64,000 bases of DNA from Isurus oxyrinchus. Its lineage: Eukaryota. The stretch lies in NCBI GenBank assembly GCA_026770705.1, contig JANJGN010000546.1:1-64000 (forward strand). Direction: 5' to 3'. The notes under the pieces were generated by a model, which was given only the letters and a program-made list of their open reading frames with translations, was not told the origin of the DNA and searched no databases. This document shows positions 51,409 to 63,700 of the stretch, piece after piece; position 1 is the stretch's first letter, and each line of letters opens with the position of its first letter. The translations under genes and the position numbers were made by a program.

Positions 51409-52345
51409 CTAAGAACAAATCAAGTATTTAATGTGAGCAAGCACTGTGCACAGCAAGACTCCATGCATCATGTCTCTGTATCTGATGCCTGTGTGCATTT
51501 CTAGGCACCTTCCCTCAAGATAAGTTCCTATGTCACATTTACAATGGGCACTGCCTATGTAAACTGACACACTGCAGGAGCATTCTCCCACCAGAGACCC
51601 TGCCCATCCGGATTTAAAGAAACTCCCTTTCACATCCTCAGGATGTCCCCAAGGGCTTGACAGGCAATGAATTATATTTAATCGATGGAGCACTGAGGGG
51701 TAAATCTACAATTCTCTGTTAAGGATTTTGCTCATCCAATTCAGGGTCTTGTTGATCTGGAGTTTACCTTCCTTCAACACAGAATCAGAGCTGACACCGA
51801 GACTCCAGTGCAGCACTGANNNNNNNNNNNNNNNNNNNNNNNNNNNNNNNNNNNNNNNNNNNNNNNNNNNNNNNNNNNNNNNNNNNNNNNNNNNNNNNNN
51901 NNNNNNNNNNNNNNNNNNNNNNNNNNNNNNNNNNNNNNNNNNNNNNNNNNNNNNNNNNNNNNNNNNNNNNNNNNNNNNNNNNNNNNNNNNNNNNNNNNNN
52001 NNNNNNNNNNNNNNNNNNNNNNNNNNNNNNNNNNNNNNNNNNNNNNNNNNNNNNNNNNNNNNNNNNNNNNNNNNNNNNNNNNNNNNNNNNNNNNNNNNNN
52101 NNNNNTGTGCATGTGNNNNNNNNNNNNNNNNNNNNNNNNNNNNNNNNNNNNNNNNNNNNNNNNNNNNNNNNNNNNNNNNNNNNNNNNNNNNNNNNNNNNN
52201 NNNNNNNNNNNNNNNNNNNNNNNNNNNNNNNNNNNNNNNNNNNNNNNNNNNNNNNNNNNNNNNNNNNNNNNNNNNNNNNNNNNNNNNNNNNNNNGTGTGT
52301 GTCTGTTGGTGCGTGTGTGGTCTGTGTAACCTGTAAACCTAACCC

Positions 52346-52379
52346 TTCCACACTGATGGTCACGAACACCCCCCACTGC
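52346..52379 (-). pseudogene. Remnant 3' end of a third copy of the duplicated C2 exon
   Basis: ttccacactgatggtcacgaac...cactgc aligns to ttccacagtgatggttatgaac...cactgc (FVTISVE vs FITITVE). Flank 51700-51820 repeats 50870-50993. Confidence 0.55.
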
Positions 52380-52399
52380 CAACAAATTTATCTCAGTAA

Positions 52400-53400
52400 G
52401 GAACATGGCACTGCCAACCCCGTCAATACCATCTTCTAAACGGGGGATTGGGTAGGAATCTGGTTTTATTGCTGCATTAACCTTTCTGTAATGTATGCAG
52501 AATCTGGTTGGAAATGAAATACCTGCTCCTTTTTACCTCCCTCCCTACGATGGTATCGTTTTAACATATTGATGTGTCACAGCCGATTCTTTATTCTACA
52601 ATCTGGGGTGTGTATCAAATAATTTACTTGACCAACCCTCCTAATTACCTTGTGGGGACCACTGAACCGCGCTTTCAGAGGCTCCCCCTGCCAAGGCAAT
52701 GATACTAACACGTCATCCCCCTGGTTGAGATGTTCGGGTCACAGCTTGCCTGTCTACCCCATTCCTTCATCTCTGTTTGAGAAACTATAAGATGTTCTTG
52801 TGCCACTTTGGAGGCTCCCATGAGCCGTTCCTGAAACATGGACACATCATCTGAAATAGAGGATTCATCCCTCTGTCCGGAATATCTTTCTTTGATGAAT
52901 TTCAGACAGCCTCTTATCTCGTGTCCATAAGTTATTCCAAAAAGACTAAAACCTGCCGATTCAGTTGGTGAATCTCGTGTGGGAAATGCAAGAAAATCCA
53001 GTCCTTTGTCCCAGTCATGGGGAGTTCATGACAATAGCTTCAATCATTGTTTTGAGGGTTTGTTGGTCCCTCTCTAAAGATCCCCGTGTCTATGGATGAT
53101 ATGCTGTGGACTTTAACTGTTTTATACCCAAATTACTCATTATGTTCGGAAAATTTTAAGACATAGAGATGGAACCTTGATCTGACTGGATCTCCAGCGG
53201 TAATCCATAATGGGTAAAAAATTGGGTTAACTTCCCTATTACTACTTTAGCTGTAATTGTTCCTAAAGGGATGGTCTCTGGAAATTGAGTTGTCATATCC
53301 ATCATAGTGAGGCCATACTGGAGTCCGGCTTTCATTTTCGATAATGGTCTAACACAGTCCACTAATGCTCGTATCCAATGGTAACGGACAATTAGCTCAC
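52400..53400 (-). mobile_element. Gypsy-type LTR retrotransposon integrase fragment (decayed)
   Basis: LTMMDMTTQFPETIPL...FFTHYGLPLEIQSDQGS, an rve core motif. Confidence 0.75.
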
Positions 53401-53569
53401 TGGAGGAGGGGAATCCACAAATATCCCCATCCTCAATGATGGGGGAGCCCAGCACATCAGGGCAAAAGATAAGGCTGAAGCATTTGCTACAACAATTATC
53501 CATTTCTGTCTGGCGTAAAAATAAGTCAGGAAATGGTGCTCAACCAGGGCTTACAAAAGAAATTAGGGA

Positions 53570-55570
53570 TAGTATTAGATCCAGAGAGGAGACATAAAAT
53601 TGCCAGGGGAAGCAGCAATGCTGAGGATTGGGAGCAGTTTAGAATTCAGCAAAAGTGGACAAAAAGATTGATCAAGAAGGGGAAAATGGAACATGGGAGT
53701 AAACTTGCAGGGAACGTAAAAACCGACTGTAAAAGCTTCTATAAATATGTGAAGAGAGAAAGATTAGCAGTGACCGATGTAGGTTCCTCGCAGTCAGAAA
53801 TGGGGGAAATTCTAATGAGAAACAAAGAAATGGCAGAAGACCTGAACATATATTTTGGTTCTGTCTTCACAAAAGAGGACACAAATAATTTCCCAGGAAT
53901 GTTAGGGAACCAAGTGTCTAGTGAGAGGGAGGAATTGAAGATAATCAGGATTAGTTTTAAAAAATGGAGCTGGAGAAATTAATGGGTTAAAGGTTGAACA
54001 GTCCCCAGGGCCTGAAAATCTACATCCCAGAGACTAACGGAAGTGACCCTGGAAATATTGGAAGCACTGGTGGTCATCCTCCAAAATTCTATAGGCTCTG
54101 GAGCAGTTCCTATAGATTGGAGGGTGGCAATTGTAACCCCACTATTTAAAATAGAAGGGAGAGAAAAAAACTGGGAATTACAGATCAGTTAGTCTAACAT
54201 GGGGAAAACGCTAGAGCCTATTATATAAGGTGTGCTAACGGAACGCTTGGAAAGCTTTAATGGGATTAGACAAAGTCAGCATGGGTTAATGAAAGGAAAA
54301 TCATGCTTAACTAATCTACTGGAGATTTTGAGGATGTAACTTGTGGAATAGATAAGGGATAACCAGTGGATGTGGTGTTTTTAGATTTCAAGAAGGCTTT
54401 TGATAAGGTCCCACATAAGAGGCTAGTGGGCAACATTAAAGCCCATGGGATTGGGGGTAATTTACTGGCATGGATTGAGAATTGGTCAACAGACAGGAAA
54501 CAGAGGGTCAGAATAAATTAGTCTTTATCTGAGTGGCAGGCGGTGACTAGTGGTGTACCACAGCGATCCGTGCTTGGGACCTAACTATTCACGATATATT
54601 TAAATGACTTGGGTGAAGGAGCCAAGTGCAATATTTCCAGGTTTTCTGATGACACAACGCTGGGTAAGGGTGTGAGCTGTGAGAAGGATGCAAAGAGGCT
54701 TCAAGGCGATTTAGACAAGTTGTGTGTGTGGGCAAACACATGGCAGATGATGTGGATGAATGTGACATTGTAGGCTTTGGTGTGAAAAACAGAAAGGCAG
54801 AGTATTATTTAAATGGTGATATAATGGGAAATGTGGATGTATAAAGGGATCTGGGTGTCCTTGTGCACTAGCCAATGAAAGTAAACAGGCAGGTGCAGCA
54901 AGTAATTCGGAAGGCAAATGGTATGTTGGCCTTCATTGCAAGAGGATTTGTGTTCAGGAGTAGGGATGTCTTACTGCAGTTATACAAGGTCTTGGTGAGA
55001 CTGCACATGGGATACTACGTGCCGTTTTGCTCTCCCTCCCTAAAAAAGGATAGACTTGCCGTCGAGAGAGCGCAGAGAAGGTTCTCTAGGCTGATACCAG
55101 GGGCGGCAGGACTGTCGTATGAGGAGAATTGGTACGACTGGGTCTGTATTCACTAGAGTTTAGAAGAATGAGAGGAGACCTGAATAAACGTAAGAAATTC
55201 TAACAGAGATAGACAGACTGGATGGAGGGAGGATGCATCCCTTGGTTGGGGAGTCTAAAACCAAGGGCGACAATCTCAGGATACAGGGCAGGCCATTTTG
55301 GACTGAGATAGGGAAACATTTCTTCACTCAGAGGGTGGTCAATCTGTGGAATTCTCCATCACAGAGGCTGTGGAGGCCGGGTCACTGAGTGTATTCAAGA
55401 AAGAAACTGATAAATATTTTGATATTAGGGGCATCAAAGGGTACGGAGAGAAAGCGGGAATAAGGCTTTGAGATAGAGGGTCAGCCTTGATCATATTGAA
55501 TGGCGGAGAAGGCTTGAAGGGCTGAATGTCCTAATCCTGCTCCTAGTTTCTATGTACCTAGGTATCTATA
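53570..55570 (+). mobile_element. 5'-truncated CR1 LINE (~2 kb, multiple stops and frameshifts)
   Basis: KTDCKSFYKYVK, gatttcaagaaggcttttgataaggtccc (DFxKAFDKVP), KANGMLAFIARG; tail tttctatgt. Confidence 0.9.
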
Positions 55571-55927
55571 GAACTATCTCTCTCCGTGTTCTATTCTCAT
55601 GTGACCTTGAGTAACTGATGATAAATACTATCTATTTACATTGTTAATATTAAACTTTTATACTACATCTCCCCCAAAATCTTTGACATCAATGAAGACA
55701 ATATTTATATTATCCTATATTGTCTTTTAAGTTCAACCTTGGCCCCCTCTGCCCTATCAGGTAGGCATAAACAATCCCAAGGCTCAATACAGGAAGAGCT
55801 CTCCCTGGTCAATATCACTAATAAAAAAGGACCTGTTTTGTCTTCAACCCAGTGATGTTTGTGGGATCTTGCTCTGCACATTGTATCCTATTACAGCTAA
55901 TATAGAATGAAGGGAATCCATACTTAC

Positions 55928-56224
55928 ATTTTACAGTTAGCATAAGGGTCTGCTCCGATGAAACAGATGGATATCTCACTCTGCAGCTGAGAGTGTGTCC
56001 GTGGTGTTTGAGTGATGGGGTCAGGGTCAGAACAGAAGTATAGGTCAGAGTGACACCATGCTGAGTTACAGTGTTTGAGACTGATCCAGGTACGTCAGTG
56101 AGAGTGTCCCAGGTTAAGACAGGTGCTGCTGTTCCATTGCACGTTGTGTTGAAGGTGCAGCTTACATCCACACGCTTTCCTGCAATAATTTCAGCAGGGA
56201 ATATCATGGGTTTATCTGTGAAAT
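55928..56224 (-). CDS. Siglec-like gene, first C2-set exon (domain 2; 297 nt, phase 1-1)
   Basis: Acceptor gtgttag, donor gtaagt. DFTDKPMIFPAEIIAGKRVDVSCTFNTTCNGTAAPVLTW...HHGHTLSCRVRYP. The CxxxxxC...P.LTW pattern with the extra Cys is typical of Siglec domain 2. Confidence 0.88.
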
Positions 56225-56569
56225 CTAACACACAGAGAATGGATCCTTTTAGAGAAATATAACGTGAAGCATCAGTTCAAATAGAAATCACAGTCCCACA
56301 AGAGAAAGCACTTTTACAAGGATGATATCAGAACTGAGAGATTACAATGATCAGGAGAGAATTTCCTATTTTCAGACTTAGTGGAGTTTCTGTCACTCAG
56401 ATGAATTCACTTCCACTTTGAGACAATTGAATTGACAATCCCGGGTGAGGGTGGGGGAGCAGCTCACAGTTCCTGACACACTGGCTTGTTACTTTCTCCG
56501 AAATCTGCCAGATTTAAATTCTATCCAGTTCCCAGCAGGAGAGAATCCATTTGAACCAATCACTGAACC

Positions 56570-56760
56570 GGCATTTAAAGCAGACGATCAGGTTATTGAT
56601 CACATTGCTGTTTCTGGGAGCTTCCTGTGCACAAATTGGCTGCTGTGTTTCCCAGATTACAACAAGGGCTACATTTCAAGAATTATTTCAATGGTTGTGA
56701 ATCCATTTGCGACGTCCAGAGGTGGTGAAAGGTGCTATAGAAATGCAAATCTTTCTTTTG
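56570..56760 (+). mobile_element. Deu-SINE 3' fragment
   Basis: atcacattgctgtttctgggagc...aaaggtgctatagaaatgcaa. Confidence 0.7.
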
Positions 56761-57036
56761 TTGATATGTAAAAGTTTTAAACAGGATTAGGGAGATTGAT
56801 GTAAGTGGATAACCTGATAACATTGATGGACACAGTCAATACATTTAATCATTGATATTAAAGTGGTATTAGAGGTTGTTTTAGGACTGAACTGGAAGCT
56901 ATCACCAGGTTATTGAGAATCAGACAGTGTGTTATAATAAGCTGTGTTTTGTGTTAATATGTAAACGTCACAGTTTGTGTTATTTCCCATTGAGTGTTGA
57001 ATGTGAATTGTTGAGTAATTATAACACAGCACTTAC

Positions 57037-57405
57037 CAGAAACGTGAAGCTGGGTTACAGGGTAATAGTTATAGCTCGGACCATTGTCAAATTCTATTCT
57101 GAAAAAATAAGGTCCTGCATCTTCCCGTCTGATGTTGTTTATAATCAGGGAACAGTCGCCATCTTTCAGGTCTCCAGACAGCCGGGTCCGATGGTGGAAC
57201 CGTGGTAACTCGTGACTGTGATCCTTGGAGTGAAAGGCAATGGGAGCCCAGGGAATCTCTTTCTCGTTATTAAACCAGACTCCACCTCGCGGTTGGTTTT
57301 CCGGACACGATGGATAACTGTAATGACATGGAATCTGTACACACGAACCTTCCTGCGCTGTCACCTCTCGTGGACTGTCACCTTTCCACTCTTGTGAGGG
57401 TTTAT
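57037..57405 (-). CDS. Siglec-like gene, V-set Ig exon copy B (proximal; 369 nt, phase 1-1)
   Basis: Same splice sites as copy A and an open frame. By my count 9 nt differences from copy A (7 non-synonymous). YFFRIE retained. Confidence 0.9.
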
Positions 57406-57439
57406 CTGGGGAGAGAAATCTCAATATTTAACTCTGGAT

Positions 57440-58110
57440 GGTTTGTGGATCCACTAGACTCAAAATTTACAGATGAGGCTGAATTGGGGGGATGGTCAAT
57501 ACTGAGGAGAATGGCAACAAATTATTTTGGCAGGAAGAATAGAAAAACAGGATATTATTTAAATGGAGACAGGCTGCAGAATGCAGTACAGAGGGATCTG
57601 GGTGTCCTTGTACATGAATCACAGAAAGTCAGCATTCAGGATCACCACGGAATGAGGAAGGCAAGTGGAATGTTGGCCTTTATTGCAAAGGGATGGAGTC
57701 TAAAAGGAGGGAGTTTAGAAGAATGAGGGGTGACCTTATTGAAACATATCCGATTCCGAGGGGGCTTGACAGGGTGGATGCTGGGAGGATGTTTCCCCCT
57801 CGTGGGGGAATCTAGAACCAGGGAGCACAGTTTCGGAATGAGGGCTCTCCCATTTAAGACTGAGATGAGGAGGAATTTCCTCTCTCAGAGGGGCGCTAGC
57901 CTGTGGAATTCTCTTCCCCAGAGAGCAGTGGAGGCTGGGCCATTGAATAGACTCAAGGCTGAGTGAGGCAGGTTTTTGATCGACAAGGGAGTCAAGGGTT
58001 TGGGGGACAGGCAGGAAAATGGAGTTAAGGCCACAACCAGATCAGTGAGAGCAGGCTCGAGGGGCCGAATGGCCTGCTCCTGTCCCTATTTCTTATGTTC
58101 CTACATTCTT
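57440..58110 (+). mobile_element. CR1 3' fragment (paralog ~60800-61650)
   Basis: QRDLGVLVHESQK...KASGMLAFIAKG, FKTEMRRNF; tail ttcttatgttcc. Confidence 0.85.
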
Positions 58111-58174
58111 ACCTTCTTAAAATATTAAAGCTGCAGAATAAACATGCAAGTGACTGACCCGCTCGACCCACCTT

Positions 58175-60160
58175 CCATCAGGGGCTGGAGGAGCTTACAC
58201 AGATAGGGAGGTTTGTGGGGGCTGGAGGAGGTAACAGAGATAGGGAGGGCTGTAGATGCTGGAGGAGGTTACGCAGATAGGGAGGGTGGTAGGACCTGGA
58301 GGAGGTTGCAGAGATAGGGAGGGCTGTAGGGACTTGAGGAGTTTATGGAGATGGGGAGCGTGTAGGGACTGGAGGAGGCTGCAAGGGCAGAGAGGGTTTT
58401 AGGGGCAGGAGGAGTTTACAGGGATAGGAAGAGTTGTAGGGGCTGGACGGATTGCAGAGGTAGGGAGGGTTGGAAAGGCTGGTGGAGGTTTCAGAGGTAG
58501 GGAAGGTTGCAGGGACTGGAGGATTTACAGAGATGGGGGAGTTTTTGGGGCAGGATGGGGTTACAGAGATAGGGAGGGTTGTAAGGGCAGGACGAGGTTA
58601 CATAGATATGGAGTGTGGCTGGGGCTGAGGGAGGCTACAGAGATAGGGAGGGTTATAATGGCTGGAGGAGGTTACAGAGATAAAGGAAACTCTTAGGGAC
58701 TGGAGGAGGTTACAGAGATAGGGAGGGTTGTAGTGGGCTGGAGGAGGTTACAGAAATATGAAGGGTTGTAAGAGATGGACCAGCTTACAGAGATAGGGAG
58801 AGGTATTCGGTCTGGAGGAGGTTGCAGAGATAGGGGAGGTTGTTAGGACTGGAGGAGGCTACATATATCGCGAGGGTTATCGGGGCTTGAGGAGGTTAAA
58901 GAGATAGGGAGGGGTGTTGGGTCCGGAGGAGTTTGCAGTGATAGGAATGGTTTTCGGGATTGGAAGAGAGTACTGAGATAGGAGGGTTGTAGGGACTGGA
59001 GGAGTCTCCTGAGATAGGGAGGGTTGTAGGGACTGGAGGAGGCTCCTGAGATAGGGAGGGTTGTAGGGACTGGAGGAGGCTCCTGAGATAGAGAGGGTTG
59101 TAGGGACTGGAGGAGGCTCCTGAGATAGGGAATGTTGCCGTGGATGAAGATAAAGGAGGAGATTACTGTAATAGGGAGGAAAAATATTCAAAAATTTGGA
59201 CATTGAGACTTTGCTTGACCAGGAGCCAGTCTCGGTCATCGAGCAGAGCGGGTGATAAGGGAACGGGACTTGGTGTGAGTAAGGACGTGGTCAGCAGTTT
59301 TGGATGGCCTCAAGTTTATGGAGTGTAGAGCATGTGAAGGTAATGAAGGCGTGGATGAGGGTTTCAGCAGCAGATGAGCTGAGACAGGGTGAAGTCGTAC
59401 GACGTTATGGAGGTGGAAATAGACGGTGTTAGTGAGGGCGCAGATATGAGGCCGGAAGCTCATCTCAGGATCAAAGGGGACAACAAAGCTGTGAACAGAT
59501 TGGCTTCAATCTCAGAGAGCTGCCAGGGAGAGGAATGGAGTTGGTAGTGAGGGAACAGAGTTTGGAGCGGGGAATGAAGACAATGGCTTCAGTCTTTCCA
59601 ATATTTAATTGGAGGGAATTTCTGCCCATCCAGTACTGGATGTCGGATAAGCAGCCTGATAATTTAGCAGCAGTGGAGGAGTCGAGAGAGGTGGTGGTGA
59701 GGTAGAGCTGGGGATCCTCAGTGGACAGGTGAAAACTAACACTGTTCAGATGATGCTGCAAAGCCATTGCAAGTGATTCTCTGGCTACGATGAGATGGAT
59801 AAGAATGGAGCCAGGGGAGAGCAGTCCCACCCAGCTGGACGACAGTGGACAGGTGTTGGAGGAGGATGGTGTGGTCGAGCGTGTCAAAGGCTGCAGACAG
59901 ATCGAGAAGGACGAGGAGGGAAAGTTGACCTTTGTCACAGTCACACAGGATGCCATTTGTGACCTTGATAAGAGCTGTTTCAGCACAGTGGCTGGGGTGG
60001 GAACCTGATTGGAGGGATTCAAACATGGAGTTCCGGGAAAGATGGAACCGGATTCGGGAGATGGAAACACGTTCAAGGACTTTGGAGGGGAAAGAGAGGC
60101 TGGAGATGGGACGGGGGTTTACACGGACAGTGTGAGGGGTGGAAGGTGTAGTGGGGAGGA
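58175..60160 (-). mobile_element. L2-type LINE fragment with expanded 32-bp minisatellite (58175-59130); paralog ~61720-63880
   Basis: RPISSLSFPSKVLER...ETALIKVTN...LLVLLDLSAAFDTLDHTILL (L2 RT). Confidence 0.85.
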
Positions 60161-60390
60161 GACACTTCACTCAGGGGGGAGGTGTCATCACCCCTCAGCT
60201 CGGTTTACGTTACAGCTATGATGTGGATTCAATCACACACAATAAGCTCATGGATCTGGGAGCAGAAATAGACAAATCATTAAAAATAGTGACGCTGGTT
60301 AACATGGCCAAAAAACAAGCAAATCAAACACTATTATTTCCCATTGAGTGTTGGATGTGAATTGTTGAGTAATTATAACACAGCACTTAC

Positions 60391-60759
60391 CAGAAACGTG
60401 AAGCTGGGTTACAGGGTAATAGTTATGGCTCGGACCATTGTCAAATTCTATCCTGAAAAAATAAGGTCCTGCATCTTCCCGTCTGATGTTGTTTATAATC
60501 AGGGAACAGTCGCCATCTTTCAGGTCTCCAGACAGCCGGGTCCGATGGTGGAACCGTGGTAACTCGTGACTGTGATCCTTGGAGTGAAAGGCAATGGGAG
60601 CCCAGGGAATCTCTTTCTCATTATTAAACCAGACTCCACGTCGCGTTTGGTTTTCCAGACACGATGGATAACTGTAATGACATGGAATCTGTACACACGA
60701 ACCTTCCTGCGCTGTCACCTCTCGTGGAGTGTCACCTTTCCACTCTTGTGAGGGTTCAG
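60391..60759 (-). CDS. Siglec-like gene, V-set Ig exon copy A (distal; 369 nt, phase 1-1)
   Basis: Acceptor tctctccccag, donor gtaagt. Translates EPSQEWKGDTPREVTAQEGSCVQIPCHYSYP...GDCSLIINNIRREDAGPYFFRIEFDNGPSHNYYPVTQLHVS. Siglec V-set hallmarks: N-terminal Trp, GSCVxIPC, E-strand DCSL, and YFFR with the sialic-acid-binding Arg. Confidence 0.9.
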
Positions 60760-63700
60760 CTGGGGAGAGAAATATCAATATTTAACTCTGGATGGTTTGT
60801 GGATCCACTAGACTCAAAATTTACTGATGAGGCTGAATTGGGGGGATGGTCAATACTGAGGAGAATGGCAACAAATTATTTTGGCAGGAAGAATAGAAAA
60901 ACAGGATATTATTTAAATGGAGACATGATGCAGAATGCAGTACAGAGGGATCTGGGTGTCCTTGTACATGAATCACAGAAAGTCAGCATTCAGGAACACC
61001 ACGGAATGAGGAAGGCAAGTGGAATGTTGGCCTTTATTGCAAAGGGATGGAGTATAAAAGGAGGGAAGTCTTGCAACAGCTGCACAGGGTGAGATTGTAT
61101 CAGGAGCAGTGTGTACAGTTCTGGTCTCCTTACTTATGGAGGGATAGAGTTGCATTGAACGCAGTCCAGAGGAGGTTCACTGGGCTGATTCCTGGGATTA
61201 AAGGGTTTGTCCTGTGAGGAAATGTTGAGCAGGTTGGGCCTGTATCCATTGGAGTTTAGAAGAATGAGGGGTGACCTTATTGAAACATATCCGATTCCGA
61301 GGGGGCTTGACAGGGTGGATACTGGGAGGATGTTTCCCCCTCGTGGGGGAATCTAGAACCAGGGAGCACAGTTTCGGAATGAGGGCTCTCCCATTTAAGA
61401 CTGAGATGAGGAGGAATTTCCTCTCTCAGAGGGGCGCTAGCCTGTGGAATTCTCTTCCCCAGAGAGCAGTGGAGGCTGGGCCATTGAATAGACTCAAGGC
61501 TGAGTGAGGCAGGTTTTTGATCGACAAGGGAGTCAAGGGTTTGGGGGACAGGCAGGAAAATGGAGTTAAGGCCACAACCAGATCAGTGAGAGCAGGCTCG
61601 AGGGGCCGAATGGCCTGCTCCTGTCCCTATTTCTTATGTTCCTACATTCTTACCATCTTAAAATATTAAAGCTGCAGAATAAACATGCAAGTGACTGACC
61701 CGCTCGACCCACCTTCCATCAGGGGCTGGAGGAGGTTACACAGATAGGGAGGTTTGTGGGGGCTGGAGGAGGTAACAGAGATAGGGAGGGCTGTAGATGC
61801 TGGAGGAGGTTACGCAGATAGGGAGGGTGGTAGGACCTGGAGGAGGTTGCAGAGATAGGGAGGGCTGTAGGGACTTGAGGAGTTTATGGAGATGGGGAGC
61901 GTGTAGGGACTGGAGGAGGCTGCAAGAGCAGAGAGGGTTTTAGGGGCAGGAGGAGTTTACAGGGATAGGAAGAGTTGTAGGGCCTGGACGGATTGCAGAG
62001 GTAGGGAGGGTTGGAAAGGCTGGTGGAGGTTTCAGAGGTAGGGAAGGTTGCAGGGACTGGAGGGGTTTACAGAGATGGGGGAGTTTTTGGGGCAGGATGG
62101 GGTTACAGAGATAGGAAGGGTTGTAGGGGCAGGACGAGGTTACATAGATATGGAGTGTGGCTGGGGCTCAGGGAGGCTACAGATAGGGAGGGTTATAATG
62201 GCTGGAGGAGGTTACAGAGATAATGGAAGCTTTTAAGGACTGGAGGAGGTTACAGAGATAGGGAGGGTTGTAGTGGGCTGGATGAGGTTACAGAAATATG
62301 AAGGGTTGTAAGAGATGGAGCAGCTTACAGAGATAGGGAGAGGTATTCGGTCTGGAGGAGGTTGCAGAGATAGGGGAGGTTGTTAGGACTGAAGGAGGCT
62401 ACAAATATCGCGAGGGTTATCGGGGCTTGAGGAGGTTAAAGAGATAGGGAGGGGTGTTGGGTCCGGAGGAGTTTGCAGTGATAGGAATGGTTTTCAGGAT
62501 TGGAAGAAGGTACTGAGATAGGAGGGTTGTAGAGACTGGAGGAGTCTCCTGAGATAGGGAGGGTTGTAGGGACTGGAGGAGGCTCCTGAGATAGGGAGGG
62601 TTGTAGGGACTGGAGGAGGCTCCTGAGATAGGGAGGGTTGTAGGGACTGGAAGAGGCTCCTGAGATAGGGAGGGTTGTAGGGACTGGAGGAGGCTCCTGA
62701 AATAGGGAGGGTTGTAGGGACTGGAGGAGGCTCCTGAGATAGGGAGGGTTGTCGGGACTGGAGGAGGCTCCTGAAATAGGGAGGGTTGTAGGGACTGGAG
62801 GAGGCTCCTGAGATAGGGAGGGTTGTAGGGACAGGAGGAGACTCCTGAGATAGGGAATGTTGCCGTGGATGAAGGAAGAGGAGGAGATTACTGTAATAGG
62901 GAGGAAAAATATTCAAAAATTTGGACATTGAGACTTTGCTTGACCAGGAACCAGTCTCGGGACTTGGTGTGAGTAAGGATGTGGTCAGCAGTTTTGGATG
63001 GCCTCAAGTTTATGGAGTGTAGAGCGTGTGTTGGAACAGTCGAGTCTGGAGGTAATGAAGGCGTGGATGAGGGTTTCAGCAGCAGATGAGCTGAGACAGG
63101 GTGACGTCGTACAATGTTACGGAGGTGGAAATAGACGGTGTTAGTGAGGGCGCAGATATGAGGCCGGAAGCTCATCTCAGGATCAAATGGGACAACAAAG
63201 CTGTGAACAGATTGGCTTCAATCTCAGAGAGCTGCCAGGGAGAGGAATGGAGTTGGTAGCGAGGGAACAGAGTTTGGAGCGGGGAATGAAGACAATGGCT
63301 TCAGTCTTTCCAATATTTAATTGGAGGGAATTTCTGCCCATCCAGTACTGGATGTCGGATAAGCAGCCTGATAATTTAGCAGCAGTGGCGGAGTCGAGAG
63401 AGGTGGTGGTGAGGTAGAGCTGGGGATCCTCAGTGGACAGGTGAAAACTAAAACTGTTCAGATGATGCTGCAAAGCCATTGCAAGTGATTCTCTGGCTAC
63501 GATGAGATGGATAAGAATGGAGCCAGGGGAGAGCAGTCCCACCCAGCTGGACGACAGTGGACAGGTGTTTGAGGAGGATGGTGTGGTCGAGCGTGTCAAA
63601 GGCTGCAGACAGATCGAGAAGGACGAGGAGGGAAAGTTGACCTTTGTCACAGTCACACAGGATTCCATTTCTGACCTTGATAAGAGCTGTTTCAGCACAG

